From Pelagomonas calceolata (lineage: Eukaryota), in assembly GCA_918797485.1 (NCBI GenBank), contig CAKKNE010000001.1, forward strand, positions 3,720,001-3,784,000: a stretch of 64,000 nucleotides of DNA, in the 5' to 3' direction. The notes under the pieces are model-generated. The model saw nothing but the letters and a program-made list of their open reading frames with translations, did not search any database and had not been told where the DNA came from. Position numbers and translations under genes: made by a program. Below, in pieces: positions 25,101 through 30,053 of this stretch (position 1 is the stretch's first letter; the number at the start of each line of letters is the position of its first letter).

Positions 25101-26200
25101 TGGCCGCATCTTTACAAGGGTATCACATGCTGCCTCCATATAATGTTGAGCTTCTTCCAGGTTCTATTGTCAACGTTGCGTTGCGATTGCGGCGCTTCGA
25201 AGTTGTTTTGAATGCGGCGAAGCGGAAGCACGGGAGCCTCCAGAAGCTGGCGTCGGCGGAGGTGGCTCTCTATCACAATGGAGAGAAAGTAATGAATAAG
25301 GACGGCGTCTACGGTATTGAACCCAATCAAAGCTACGCCATAATAGCTAGAGCAGAGGGCCACCGCCAGGCGTCGCTGACCGATTCCATAATTTTCTCGC
25401 CGCAGCATTTTGATGATGGTCTTGGGGATAGACTCGAACTCACCGTAGAACTAGAATCGGAGCTCTTCGAGGCGTTGGTGCGAGTTGTGGATGATGAGAC
25501 CGGGGCACCGTTGGACGGCGCCATCATACAACTGGATGGATTCGAGACCTCTGGGCCTTCACCACCAACGGGCTGGCGGCGCATTGGGAAGAAGTTGGAG
25601 GGCGTCGCGGGGCCCGCCGCCTTCCTGCCGTGCGTCGCCGCGGCGCCTCGGCGCGTCCAGACGTCGACGGCGCGTGTCGAACTGAGAAATGATGGGGTAG
25701 TGCCGTGTACCACTTTGCGACTGCGAAGGGCTTCCATCGCCGTGCGCGTGCTGGACGACGAGGGGCGCGCGGTCCAAGACCCGGTGGTCCAGGTCGGCCT
25801 CTCGTCGAAAGCACCGGAGGAGGTCTCGACGCCGCGCGTGGGGACAATGGCCTTAGACAGACGACGCCCGGCGCCGCAATATGTGCGGCCGCGCAACGAG
25901 GTGCTCGTGGTCCTCGACCACTTCTACGATGTAAGGGTGGTGCATGAACAGATGCGCCAGCGCGACTTATTGGACCCGCAGCGCTTCGAGGTCATGGACT
26001 TCGGTCGTAGATCTGGAGACGCGGCGCTTTCGATCCGAATGGAGCCCTACCGGTGCGCCGTGGACCTGAAAGTGGTGGACGCGTTCGGCGACGACCTGCC
26101 GCGCGCGCGCGTGCGCCTCGGCGACCATGATCTCGGGACGCGGCGCGGCGTGCTCGACCTCGGGCCGAACGGTGCAGTTTCATCTCCGGAGGAGGAGTAA
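7193..26200 (+). CDS. Giant (~6,335 aa) single-exon protein of tandem carboxypeptidase-regulatory/prealbumin-like beta-sandwich repeats with Tudor/SH3-like inserts
   Basis: Uninterrupted 19-kb ORF with first in-frame ATG at 7193. Recurring motifs VxVVDAxTGxPLxxAxV, LGxxRG, GYVQxxP and GxRQVT...PLxVxVxMEP. Confidence 0.9.
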   Translation: MDEITNTMNTDKEAATAEPQPAVRVRVVDATTRKTMNEQTEVVFVPCADSEPIKIKNKALEQLPARRYLVKATAPGYQQLNYLEGPINIYHDHLVVDQDGRPQREVVIQMERRVAAVWLSVSDCRDGKALPTASVQLLDEKENVCHVFDAPGSHDVAAVTSVTKTYALRLHLRGYVLHGPQSVTLERGKRIDLLMTARRTDVKVVCRDLRSGRRIDDVDIQLINEENEVLEGDTVDTDVEYRIVCRAEGFRQVTRIQKCTFPPKLFAGSTSPLEVRVDLEPVKSSIPLAPPRRAVWGWLALDQPSRSAPETETAQKKPKKKKTLEDWGTCTINVRAVDATYPKPIRLAGARVRVDGNVSGETDERGALQLKLRAPSSTETSVTVQVEKDSFISDATSVKIQASQAAQANIALRRTLVRVDVVHASSGKPVTGDVDFSLEPDDSRSPLPCVEAGDGLILSIKHDRATFDGVVAQRHRDESQTYYDVVGVDGSDLTLLKVRREDLSPTKDNIVVRELEIGENVACLYPHNGRYKLTCKAPGLRLSGPSVKTFSARDWTEKGPLQLTLRLEPSVARLRLACATEDGVPVSCLADVGGERLELSDDGSFSMIDVPLPRGKVQASLSLRVAAPQFIQVPPFETSLSCDRATEVIAYVRPCDVRLTAVAKGNILKKATLQLIRVDANGDDDEIRVVQPGSRVAVDVGAEYRVQASARGHRQVGLLKTFIATPETFLKQPGPVSLAVDMAPDVGAVDLAVLDVVGRPVRHARVTVTYERLPSLYLGHRRGVQELPLDGSDELDVDVTCDEAGYVQVSQQRVRVKAGRLRKTSIILRRSDIVLRAIDARTGATLRALEDLRLELKPVEEGKTLSFSGAGGEVFGPAQAVDLQKAYRVCVDARRFKLVEPIHAVSFAKADFGVLEDHKHLAPLLERARDAARRKARRSGVDADRAEEQLRLEIDARLAKVVDVRVEPLVGDLNVEVIDARTGLPVPDIALVLKTSNSEVDLGLQRGIIEDIPMSGGGAIVTAEILVKSCDRVQLEPTRFDLRAGETNDIQVFVRDADVVIHCVDQETGDALIPDACYLEGGTTLDASDRCRVVVERDYEVRCVVPRYRRLGSKRFRVTRDDFRTLTDVETPYQVVVHFEPCEADVDLRVEDAATGAVLSRAHVRIGPHSLGCTRGLESLRLPPSTRQVTWPVSAQQQGWVLVAPRDVELHATPQHDDDPRQITILMRRCEVLVRCVDAMSREPLDAHCLLEPANDTTPQPWRLDDADDACVVDVSDTERTGTIKSVGSDLYDVALDDGSEELRCAAEELKREDGTEPSSYLIEERVVVKRPHSYVVRASCDGHRQVTHLEEMTFAESDFAGLPVQAPLKLEVAMEAVAGVLDISVEDKRGAKIRTCEVWLDGVALGTQRGLIPINLPGGGKPHEARVDVSAPGYALVGPSRVTVFAGHTTPLKIRLVATRCLIRVEDARDGAPIECRVCLVRERPRPRFDALPAWIRVGDRVEARLQGDWVEGTLEGEDPYAVQFDDTTIHNFEQCDLRPVSTYDKVLADPDLDPAFDGAGKNWCDWRSMSPLAIDCAPASYRVLVQDPQGEFRQVSHYEPVEFDVDELVKYKAAAREHGNDSLARKLLGKKKRRPEKKSGWFSWSAKEEEVKPPPREDVSDGDKHAKVALVVVQVAPRVAAADFKVVDQSGKALKADVAIGGTNLGTRRGRVELDWCAIAPDAFLPPACAWRHAAGARADGSGVPCAVVATLDGYVQTSEDVIPFSSTGVTSFKVEMRKSTLRVQCYDAATNQKLTDVAVDLVPLDGQVGVRWTAGSSQQQRVAVGRAYRVVARGGRLRQTTPAVDEDVVFGRADWAQLSDDKPAELRVMLERRVATVEVKVLDASRQQETLLTHARCKVGATHFSQAEGWQQDVDLPCGRQAMREMPALCSLDDYLQLPPKRCDVFVGDAHNVNLVELRMRPLSVCLRASSCYDDKVIEGVKWRLRPVSPDLPLVPLEARLEQVLRLGQKYVLECSVDGWRPCASQVEVEADSLIARFEGIDPKEPLPLDIKFEASSVPVRLNSVRIENGNDPDARTCVVEVAGRRVPYGAVVDIPLPEDVDASQGCSLDVTASLPDQSLTFLPHQIKCFPGSGEVTHVDCVFKALYLCVTVVDTMDQELGDASYRLNGGPRVKSGSRVAAHLGECTVACEANGCRQTTFLEPLTLMEQDFISTNDGFERSIKVVCAPRMATVLVSVTDATTNEALHRASIEMRHADQIVWSSGGTPADRKGIRRAILDDVPGGGDDVELACVCSLEGYTQIQPLTCLIRAGSATDAPWTCELLMRKFYVSVDVVDSHGKRMEGAGVELRSSRDVVAYQPSDVKEQAPLPIQLDTSYSIYPIISSLKGAGGEYDFRDRWHAADAPIVFSRSDFEVLERRARESLKRSVMKSDDPRYPFLKRVCERPTWRALHAWIQVAGVKRQGFDVALPPLKLAVRACPGRCLVDLRVVDATGAPLSDAAIRMKTSEEWTTIQQGVQDIRVPGGGDLRKVHFDASLEGHLLDKEHACDLRATYDEDEPTLVLLKLFPLKLRIRVTDGLEPARGARITIMGGDGEETSLVNREGVGETSLTLDEALVVTASTAVTRHVTLRYSADDVRRSWANAPGAPVTCDLDLARANAHVTITVTDLDGKILEAAEVDFGGRRLTSGDVVEVPPLTELKGCFLSGYVLDAPSVGWRVPTDADEVALCVKMRPTLVTSRLVDARSGTIVDTPADVTLTSQDGTTISGQVGDALHITCDVPYDIRVTSSTDLKQVSHRDGVTFTPQESLLDIRVDVPSRLVVDVRDADTNAPLLDAVLSLNGTIVSRGAVDGFERCTSLDVEATLSSYIQLTPTKVALDPSRKTSLVVTMRACRVMVDVQDVADARIRVDDRQIDDWRVEPGREYTIEVVAEGREVYREKVRFGAALFIDGPFTHLVELNAAAVQVDVSVVDATGTSLNDAEVVLGEMEVGRDRGLTEVPLPSSRNIDVACRLPGFVLMKPRSLTIKRGETTTCRLTMRPSMVTHSLEGASVELIGVDGVVALPGIVQVGQTYTLYSNTHNVEARSITFKDGDWDSLRNDEALEVKVGVAASSEGIVQEESDLVDVSVTVVDIDGGELPNASVSLGSTMIGTSRKGRVGRGAVPVRATCPGYALVGPRSYAGEAHLRLMMRRARVRCRALVDGAELTGARVLFDNDARDCMEPDQSYAVTVALEDDDYRISGAVARWPGGSRSWNNAYVTIALPHDAWAEKSEVQFDLNLVATTADLMVDIREESTGFPVADASFTVAIGDDVSTFTDARGVLRVAVPSKRVDAVLECDASGCAAWSRKLSLRAGSRTEVEIQLRRLEGDDASSYETRSLRPTTERTLDDVWAASRRCLAEAQSETRPAMIRADLDRYVLLRPKTVDLSYSNTVQPLTVCMRRCNLRGRCYDVRDGSLLDAAVEIEARDPERGPASHGDVVLNASYALRSNKEGWRQVTSLGPVTPLARHFSDGDAKKPLDVFIGLEPTHINLRVRVEPADATVTVQGLSVKSGPSTLKVEDLKSRWVKHGDSLALPLKVEASKDGYVSHTTTIYARAMPHRTDINIKMRPAQICIRCVSTEGIVIEDAIDVVVENERHSLKFGGMDESVFGAWVATQKKVNRRDRSPALQALLEHEADVRSELFAAGKAASSARVLEVFTTRGGADGARLAAQAGRSSRGGVVVGASYTIRATHADYLSDVMERRFDSNAFTGNGPLIVDVPLVPVYCDVVLRVIDASTGNDITDGDASIHGIRLGERRTARLRLFEHSREPLDADVVVTHKTYAQVQSTYEQLRPGPVLTYTVRMRPTRVLVTPTHGNEPVPLARCSLVTEDKVLDANGPVLIELNVAYRVRVEHASLIKIGDDLVTFRKEQFLDDELYTLNVEMADRGASVAIEVVDETTGDAIDGHVKLSGVEVGSSVDDVTWRRCFPVRATCIHPSMSLVKATLRVERGADTTEDEVKASSEGALVPSYTPKADEGATLILKLRSLQFRVTCTHAADSSFVFDDASLTIAPRDATISTSLKVEKQANGWLVSQLPPCAHGYSVWCAVGGAAQNKACVVTLDELLRAPRGEVFETMVTMEPIDGDINLNVSDGEGSDVALGAHRVGGWRGAIRLIGVSTGSLEVDSNADALVGECRVRAGASQHVALRRRRTTVDVVAKCDGAVLEDVRCSLRDQDGTMLDLPGAVVVSTQMGTRDGADVLLDGGARVKVPNHLIEGDRRVKVPRRYYTLEVSRSGYRQVSQRDVQFAFTADQFVNGKHLLEVEMERCGAELSFDVVDSWGKPLEGVALAVDGAPVLDGRCGVETGVEEVSVVATKEGYVQLTPVATRMSGRDTRVRVALGSYRLHAAVVDADGKPVNECDVDVYLNDQCMQRLGRFRRNVFVAPSLEKFAFRASLEGWHTAEENVDARLIAQHSSRTQAFTSVKFGAAFASNERTYSQRMYLADRSRLPENYPRQSPRETACRRLKCWDEMRAFFAWRLNTDLVPQATPEVGRHGAVVLVVEKDAPVAPEVTSVEEDAPEKTARFHVVNVRTNNALPDAQLVVDGSRQAQGIVASSSDSVEVRCELEGYVQLGETTHSLDTGTNADMAAFALDSVELRMRPRDVRLCIIGEDEAPVEGVSVVLTPGDISVTHDSVLVLSGEVYKVTCATPGWVCGSDTLEVSTEAFRASEAVLVRELRVERARVAVDVEVIDVATGEMIPDVSVTIGGVAIEHGSLPYDATQGDQSIEVAFAEESWIVLRPITVNLEDTTSIRVECRRCSCIVSVVEQYTSKTLESARVTCGDVEYEAGSVFEVKPGSYPLSITLEGAETIQEYTLDASPEAFSSLEDDQPMILTVEMRATHSLLDLRVEDENGQLLDDATIFLDGEAHTPGLVRKPFADDDEKTFSVYASKPGYAFAGPSSFSVSRAKIGMTRQLVVRMRPALVRCTVVDEDGSALDAVVRLTPPSGPEVNDVVDVDTVYKVDCTLRKYHRSGIRCDYGTVSREGDAFCIQFTDADFMRSSAPLEVEVTMEPARCVIDLSLVEETSTESVLDTILVDIGQRGFSTDRRWSASLSELPERLSIAIRATKHVLVGPTVVTAVEDVVAQTLCVRPALVEALVYDEDHQQVEGADVWLKPLDDVHAASLVVLEAGVQKQCLVELGREYAVTCRKERFHTNCATFKATADQLRALAPGSCLRLEIEARRTQYKSVDVQVRGLYDVGSGEKDPATLASVSINDVDLGPTRGLRDVAAADTTLSTSCRLRGWAQLPPYAVPVVEDVTPINLEMVPALIRAVADVEVECWLETEGDTIQVPTIGWTRVQVGMEYTLRARAPGMRLASSKSVTFTREQFWEASRQMEAPPSSSSPVVVSLDLVLEPSTCQVELEVNNDDCSLTLERSGLPDLSLQRGSQVVEGLPSSSVSSTLRASLKGHAQLKPLGPITLVAAQRHAVSIEMRPATVLCKCIDARTGAELVHARVRYEGGGDVRYGGRRSPVVVDPAHYRGCIIEERVGDAYRILRDDGESVIVDADRLRGSSPEWTALEQGPPLNYVYEVNQHVWNGKRHGTIASIKDTTYRVEFEDGAADVDASRLRPLNYDFRRHLPPGLRCEVRTGGSYQITAELKGWRQLDYTSPHVFENEAFVALGGPVKPDIQEWDASVVTPLSTSSKSLWTRFLKPDLGRALRTWHLGAEATREARAQDGKLIAPPLRLAMRLVPGVGSVDLSVTCDHVDVDADISLIPVQESKADPSIVLGERRGIINNLEVAGAGEPALYKVRAKKFGYRVMEPSTISLKAGACTAVSVQLARCLANVNLNVSGKPFVGDAIVRVVSNEVVLASVEARDGKCAVPVDPRVASKLVVDADRHEQISALNNVTWAPSDFEKGVTVDIALRAIAVTLDVSVVDAASRKELPAADVRVGGIDLGKRRGFVELSDLSQTGLVRMAASLQGYHMLPPYNVELLPGSIVNVALRLRRFEVVLNAAKRKHGSLQKLASAEVALYHNGEKVMNKDGVYGIEPNQSYAIIARAEGHRQASLTDSIIFSPQHFDDGLGDRLELTVELESELFEALVRVVDDETGAPLDGAIIQLDGFETSGPSPPTGWRRIGKKLEGVAGPAAFLPCVAAAPRRVQTSTARVELRNDGVVPCTTLRLRRASIAVRVLDDEGRAVQDPVVQVGLSSKAPEEVSTPRVGTMALDRRRPAPQYVRPRNEVLVVLDHFYDVRVVHEQMRQRDLLDPQRFEVMDFGRRSGDAALSIRMEPYRCAVDLKVVDAFGDDLPRARVRLGDHDLGTRRGVLDLGPNGAVSSPEEE

Positions 26201-26244
26201 TGGTTTTCACTTGTCTTTCTTACTCGTCGCGGAATGGTTCTCGT

Positions 26245-27105
26245 TCAGAGCCCGAGGGCCGGCGGGCCCGTCTCGCTGCGCCCGAGCGGTCGCCCCTCCA
26301 AGCGACCCGTCCCGCTCCTCCGGCGGGTGCGCGCGGCCGCCGCCATTTGGAGGGGCGTCATGCCCTTCTTCTCGCGCCGCGCCTCGACCGGTTTCCACGG
26401 GCTCCCCGGGCCCGACGCATTCGGCGGCAGCCCGGGGTTGATGTGGCCGCGGCCTGTGTGGAAATCAACCCGTGCGTCGCGTGCAAGGAACCGGCATCGC
26501 CACGCCATCGAGCAGGCGTCGCGTCGATGGCGTGGAGGACGACGCGAACGCGCCGTAAAATTTTGATTTCCACACAGGCAGCGACCCCCGTGGAGCACGT
26601 GGCCCTGGTTGAAGAACTCGTACTCGTCCTTGGCTCCCTCACTTCGTGTCCGAGCCATAGATTCCATGCGCCCGTCGCGCCGTTTGATGGTCGATATCTG
26701 CGTCACTTTTTTCGCGCTTGGCGTCGCAAAATTTGCGAAGGGACTCTGCGTCCCGAAGAAGCGGTCGAACTGGGCCCGCGCGTCGTCCATCGAAAACTTC
26801 TCGCCCGGGTCCCACCTCTGCCCGAAGAACGGCGCGTCAAAATTGGAATTGAAGCCCCTACATTGGTAGTCCGTCTGGTCGCGCTCGCCCTGGCGCAGGC
26901 CGTCCGTGCGCATCTCGTCGTACTCGGAGCGCTTCGCCTCGTCCGACAACACGGCGTAGGCCGCTCCCACTCTTTTGAACTCTTCTTCGTCGCCGCCCTT
27001 GTCGGGGTGCGTCTGGAGCGCCCGTTTCTTGTAGGCTTTGCGGATGTCCGACGCGTCGGCTGTGGACTGAATGCCCAGCGCCGCATAGTGGTCCGGGACA
27101 CGCAT
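26245..27105 (-). CDS. DnaJ (J-domain) protein; contains introner intron 26454-26585
   Basis: DHYAALGI...IRKAYKKRALQTHPDKGG.EEEFKRVGAAYAVLSDEAKRSEYD. The spliced junction reads HGG|RGHINPG. Confidence 0.9.
   Translation of the reverse strand: MRVPDHYAALGIQSTADASDIRKAYKKRALQTHPDKGGDEEEFKRVGAAYAVLSDEAKRSEYDEMRTDGLRQGERDQTDYQCRGFNSNFDAPFFGQRWDPGEKFSMDDARAQFDRFFGTQSPFANFATPSAKKVTQISTIKRRDGRMESMARTRSEGAKDEYEFFNQGHVLHGGRCLCGNQNFTARSRRPPRHRRDACSMAWRCRFLARDARVDFHTGRGHINPGLPPNASGPGSPWKPVEARREKKGMTPLQMAAAARTRRRSGTGRLEGRPLGRSETGPPALGL
26454..26577 (-). mobile_element. Introner element IE-1 (non-autonomous TIR transposon acting as intron 26454-26585)
   Basis: Perfect 15-bp TIR ctgtgtggaaatcaa...ttgatttccacacag. 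The 8-bp flanks gccgcggc (26446-53) and gcagcgac (26578-85) match at 6/8. On the minus strand GT comes from the TSD and AG from the TIR. Confidence 0.85.
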
Positions 27106-27214
27106 TTTGTTGTGATCTCCTGGGGCTGCCTGTGGTCGTATTCGGCTGCCCCCGGCTCGGCGCGCGCTCTTGTATGCCCGCAGCCTGTGTAGCGCCCAGA
27201 CAGCGCTCCTTTTT

Positions 27215-27235
27215 CTAGTATGTCGTTACGCTAGC
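27215..27235 (-). promoter_or_regulatory. CTAG-N12-CTAG upstream motif copy
   Basis: Reverse complement GCTAGCGtaacgacataCTAG in the divergent gap 27105(-)/27284(+). Confidence 0.5.
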
Positions 27236-27283
27236 TCTGCGTTTTTCCCCTTTTTGACGAGGTCGAGCTAGGGATCCCCGGCA

Positions 27284-28240
27284 ATGGAGCAACCTCTTGA
27301 GAAGCGCACGGCTGTGGCTGCGGCTGGTACGAGCAGCACGGACCTACTCCGGCTCTGGCAAGGCGATTTAGTGGAACCCCTGCTCGCATTCCTTCCTCTC
27401 AAGGCGATCGCAACCGTGCCGACGGTGTCGCGCCGGTTCCGCGACCAGCAGTGGCGGACGATGACCCTCATTGCGCGCCAGTGCGGAACCATCTGCACGT
27501 CGACGAGCTCCTTTCTGGACGCCGTCCGTTGGACCGGGCGCGACGAGCGCTGGTCGCGCTTCGACGGAAGCAGTTTCGAAGCTTGGGAGACGCTCGCACG
27601 CAACGAAAATGCGGGGTTCAACTGCAGCCGGGACGGAAACGGGCGCCTACGGATCGAGACATATAGATCGGATAGTGGACACCACGGGGGCGGCTTGGTG
27701 AAGACATTTGATGGCGAAAACCTGTGCGTCCGGCGAATTACCTACAGCTTCAGCTTTGACAGTACGAATCCCCATTCCCACGTTGAGCCGCAAGTGGAGG
27801 GCTTCGCAGTCCTCAGTATTAGCGGAGGCTTAATTGATAACGGTAATGAACCAGATGCATTCATGGGCTTGCTTGTTGAGCCGAGCGACAGTGACAGACA
27901 CGATGACACTCCATGGTTCGAGTTCCAGTGGTTCGCCATGGGCGATCCAATATTCAGTGGACCAAAGAATGTGATAACGGTGGAGCCTGGTGCAACTTAT
28001 ACGGTCGACGCGAAATTTGATTGGGATCGAAGCTTAAGGTACGGATGGGCGGACGTGTCTGTCACAGCCGCCTCAGGTTTGAATTTCGGCCGGGGGAGGT
28101 TCAAATTCCGCCGCAAGCCGCTCACGGCTATCCATCTCTACAACTATACCCAATCCATCTCTACCTTCGATTCTGTCAACGTGATGTATTCGCCGCGAAC
28201 GTCGCGCGACGGCGCCTTCGAGGGCGAGGACTCGGAGTAA
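27284..28240 (+). CDS. Hypothetical protein with N-terminal F-box-like motif
   Basis: DLVEPLLAFLPLKAIATVPTVSRRFR is F-box-like; the remainder is beta-rich; 318 aa. Confidence 0.6.
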   Translation: MEQPLEKRTAVAAAGTSSTDLLRLWQGDLVEPLLAFLPLKAIATVPTVSRRFRDQQWRTMTLIARQCGTICTSTSSFLDAVRWTGRDERWSRFDGSSFEAWETLARNENAGFNCSRDGNGRLRIETYRSDSGHHGGGLVKTFDGENLCVRRITYSFSFDSTNPHSHVEPQVEGFAVLSISGGLIDNGNEPDAFMGLLVEPSDSDRHDDTPWFEFQWFAMGDPIFSGPKNVITVEPGATYTVDAKFDWDRSLRYGWADVSVTAASGLNFGRGRFKFRRKPLTAIHLYNYTQSISTFDSVNVMYSPRTSRDGAFEGEDSE

Positions 28241-28307
28241 ATTAGTGCGTCAGACTTATTCTGGAACGCGCGGGGGTAGCTTCTTTCTTGCGACGAACAG
28301 GGGGGTC

Positions 28308-29791
28308 TCACTCGACGAGGACGAGGACGCGGACGGCCGGAGTGCCCGGGACGGAGTCGACGGCGAGCGCCTCGTCGACGACGTTCACCGGCGACGCCGG
28401 CCGCGCTTTCGGCGCGGCGCAGGCAATGCGGAGCTTGACGGCGTGCGCGGCGCGCGTCGCCCGCTGCTCGCCGTCGGCGTCGTGGATCTGCGTCGCGTCT
28501 GAGGTCTCCGCGACGACGCGCGCGACGCGGAACTCGTGGCGGCCCGACACCTCGAGCTCCACCTCGACGCAACCGCCGCGCCAAGACGCACTCACAACAC
28601 ACGCTTTGAGGTAGGGCGCCTTCATCGCCTCCTCGGAGATGAGCGCCTCGCCGGCCGCGACGCGCAGGACGACCTGGCCCACCTCGCACAGGACGTCGAC
28701 GGCCTCGGGCGCCGTCGGCGCGCTCCAGCGCCGGAACCAGCCGTGGTCGAAGGCGACGCGGCGCGCCGCCTCGCTCCGGACGACCGCGAACGCGAATCGC
28801 GACGCGTCGCAGGCGCCCGGCGCGAAAGTTTGGTCGTCGGTCCAGGCGTCGCCGGGCGTGCGCCAGGCGGCGGCCGCCGCGCGGCTCGAGGCGACTCTTA
28901 CTTGATAGTCGGGCGCCTGGCGCGGCGACCCGGGCAGGGACGGGGCGTAGTACGCAGCACTGCGCAGTACTCCCGGACCGGGAGTACTGCGCAGTGCTGC
29001 GTAGTACCTGCGCAGTACTGCGGTTTTTATTTTAATTAATTTTTATTGTTTAGGGGGGGTCCCGGACGGCGGGCCGGGGCAGCCCGGGGGCTACTATACG
29101 CGGTCCTGGGCTGCCCATCACATCCCGGGACCATCTCTAGGCCATGTCTAGGTCAATGGGCCAGTAAATGGAGCCTCGAATACAGTAACGGGCGTGGTAT
29201 CGCCGAAAGTACCGAAATTTTGCCCCCATGGATATTTCACAGGAACTCTGGGGATGGATGCAGCTCGGAGAGATACGTCGATTTCCGGTCTCAGACTCCA
29301 CCGACTACGAACTGCCCTCAGACCCCTGCGTGGTATCATAGTACCCTAAGCTGTCCGTAGTACCCGCGCGGTACTACGCGCGGTACTACGCCCCGTCCCT
29401 GGACCCGGGCGGGCCGTCGCAGTACGACGCGCACGCGTCGCGCCAGGCCTCGAGCTTGGCGTCGATGTGCGCGAGCCAGACGCCGTAGGTCCGGAGCTCG
29501 CGGAGGGCGCACCTGCGCGACGGCGTTTGATCGCGGCCCGGATTCGCGGACCCGTCTATCAGTTGTCTTGCGCGCGGGGGGGGGGCGGCGGCGCCTAGCT
29601 CTCAGAATTTGAATTCTGCGAACGAGAGCGGCGCTCCGGCGTTCGACGCGGCGCTCGCACAGGATCTCGTCCTTGCCCGGCTGGTCCGTGTCCGCGGCGG
29701 CGTCTTCCAGGAATCTCTCTGTCTCCTCGACGGGGTCGATGGGGTCCCGCGCGAGCGCCTCGGCCGCCTCGTCCGGCGGCGGCGAGTACAT
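28308..29791 (-). CDS. Hypothetical gene (intron near 29514-29650) whose second exon is interrupted by a MITE; disrupted or spliced around it
   Basis: Exon 1 starts MYSPPPDEAAE at 29791. After the acceptor cgcag at ~29514 the frame reads CALRELRTYGVWLAHIDAKLEAWRDACASYCDGPPG. With the MITE and one TSD copy removed it continues SPRQAPDYQVRV...LCEVGQVVLR into ORF 28308..28682. Confidence 0.65.
28935..29401. mobile_element. 467-bp hAT-like MITE
   Basis: Perfect 19-bp TIR cagggacggggcgtagtac / gtactacgccccgtccctg and perfect 8-bp TSD gacccggg (28927-34 and 29402-09). AT-rich internal tract and no transposase ORF. Confidence 0.92.
28951..29003. repeat. Perfect palindrome with 26-bp arms and 1-nt spacer inside the MITE
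   Basis: tacgcagcactgcgcagtactcccgg-a-ccgggagtactgcgcagtgctgcgta. Confidence 0.95.
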
Positions 29792-29971
29792 ATCTATTCT
29801 AGCGCGCCAGGCGCCTCTCACGGCTTTCAAATTTCAATAGCTTTCCGCGCGAATCGCGCGCGGGGCGGACTCGGCGCGTCGCGTCGCGCGGCCCGACCGT
29901 AGATTTGACGTGCGAGGGCCGGCCTAAGCGCCTAAAAATCCGAGCGCGGGCCTCTCGTTTCATCCCGCGTA

Positions 29972-29994
29972 GCTAGCGGCCTGTAAGGCACTAG
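29972..29994 (+). promoter_or_regulatory. CTAG-N14-CTAG upstream motif copy
   Basis: GCTAGCGgcctgtaaggcaCTAGcaagc, ~60 bp before ATG 30054. Confidence 0.55.
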
Positions 29995-30053
29995 CAAGCC
30001 TGTGCTGCCAAATTTGGCTGCCAAAAGCAATCCAAAGCCGGCCGAGGCAGCCC

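Noticed and set aside
7732..26210. Dozens of minus-strand ORFs within the giant gene
   Set aside because: Ser/Thr-rich antisense shadows of Val/Asp/Glu codons with no domain motifs.
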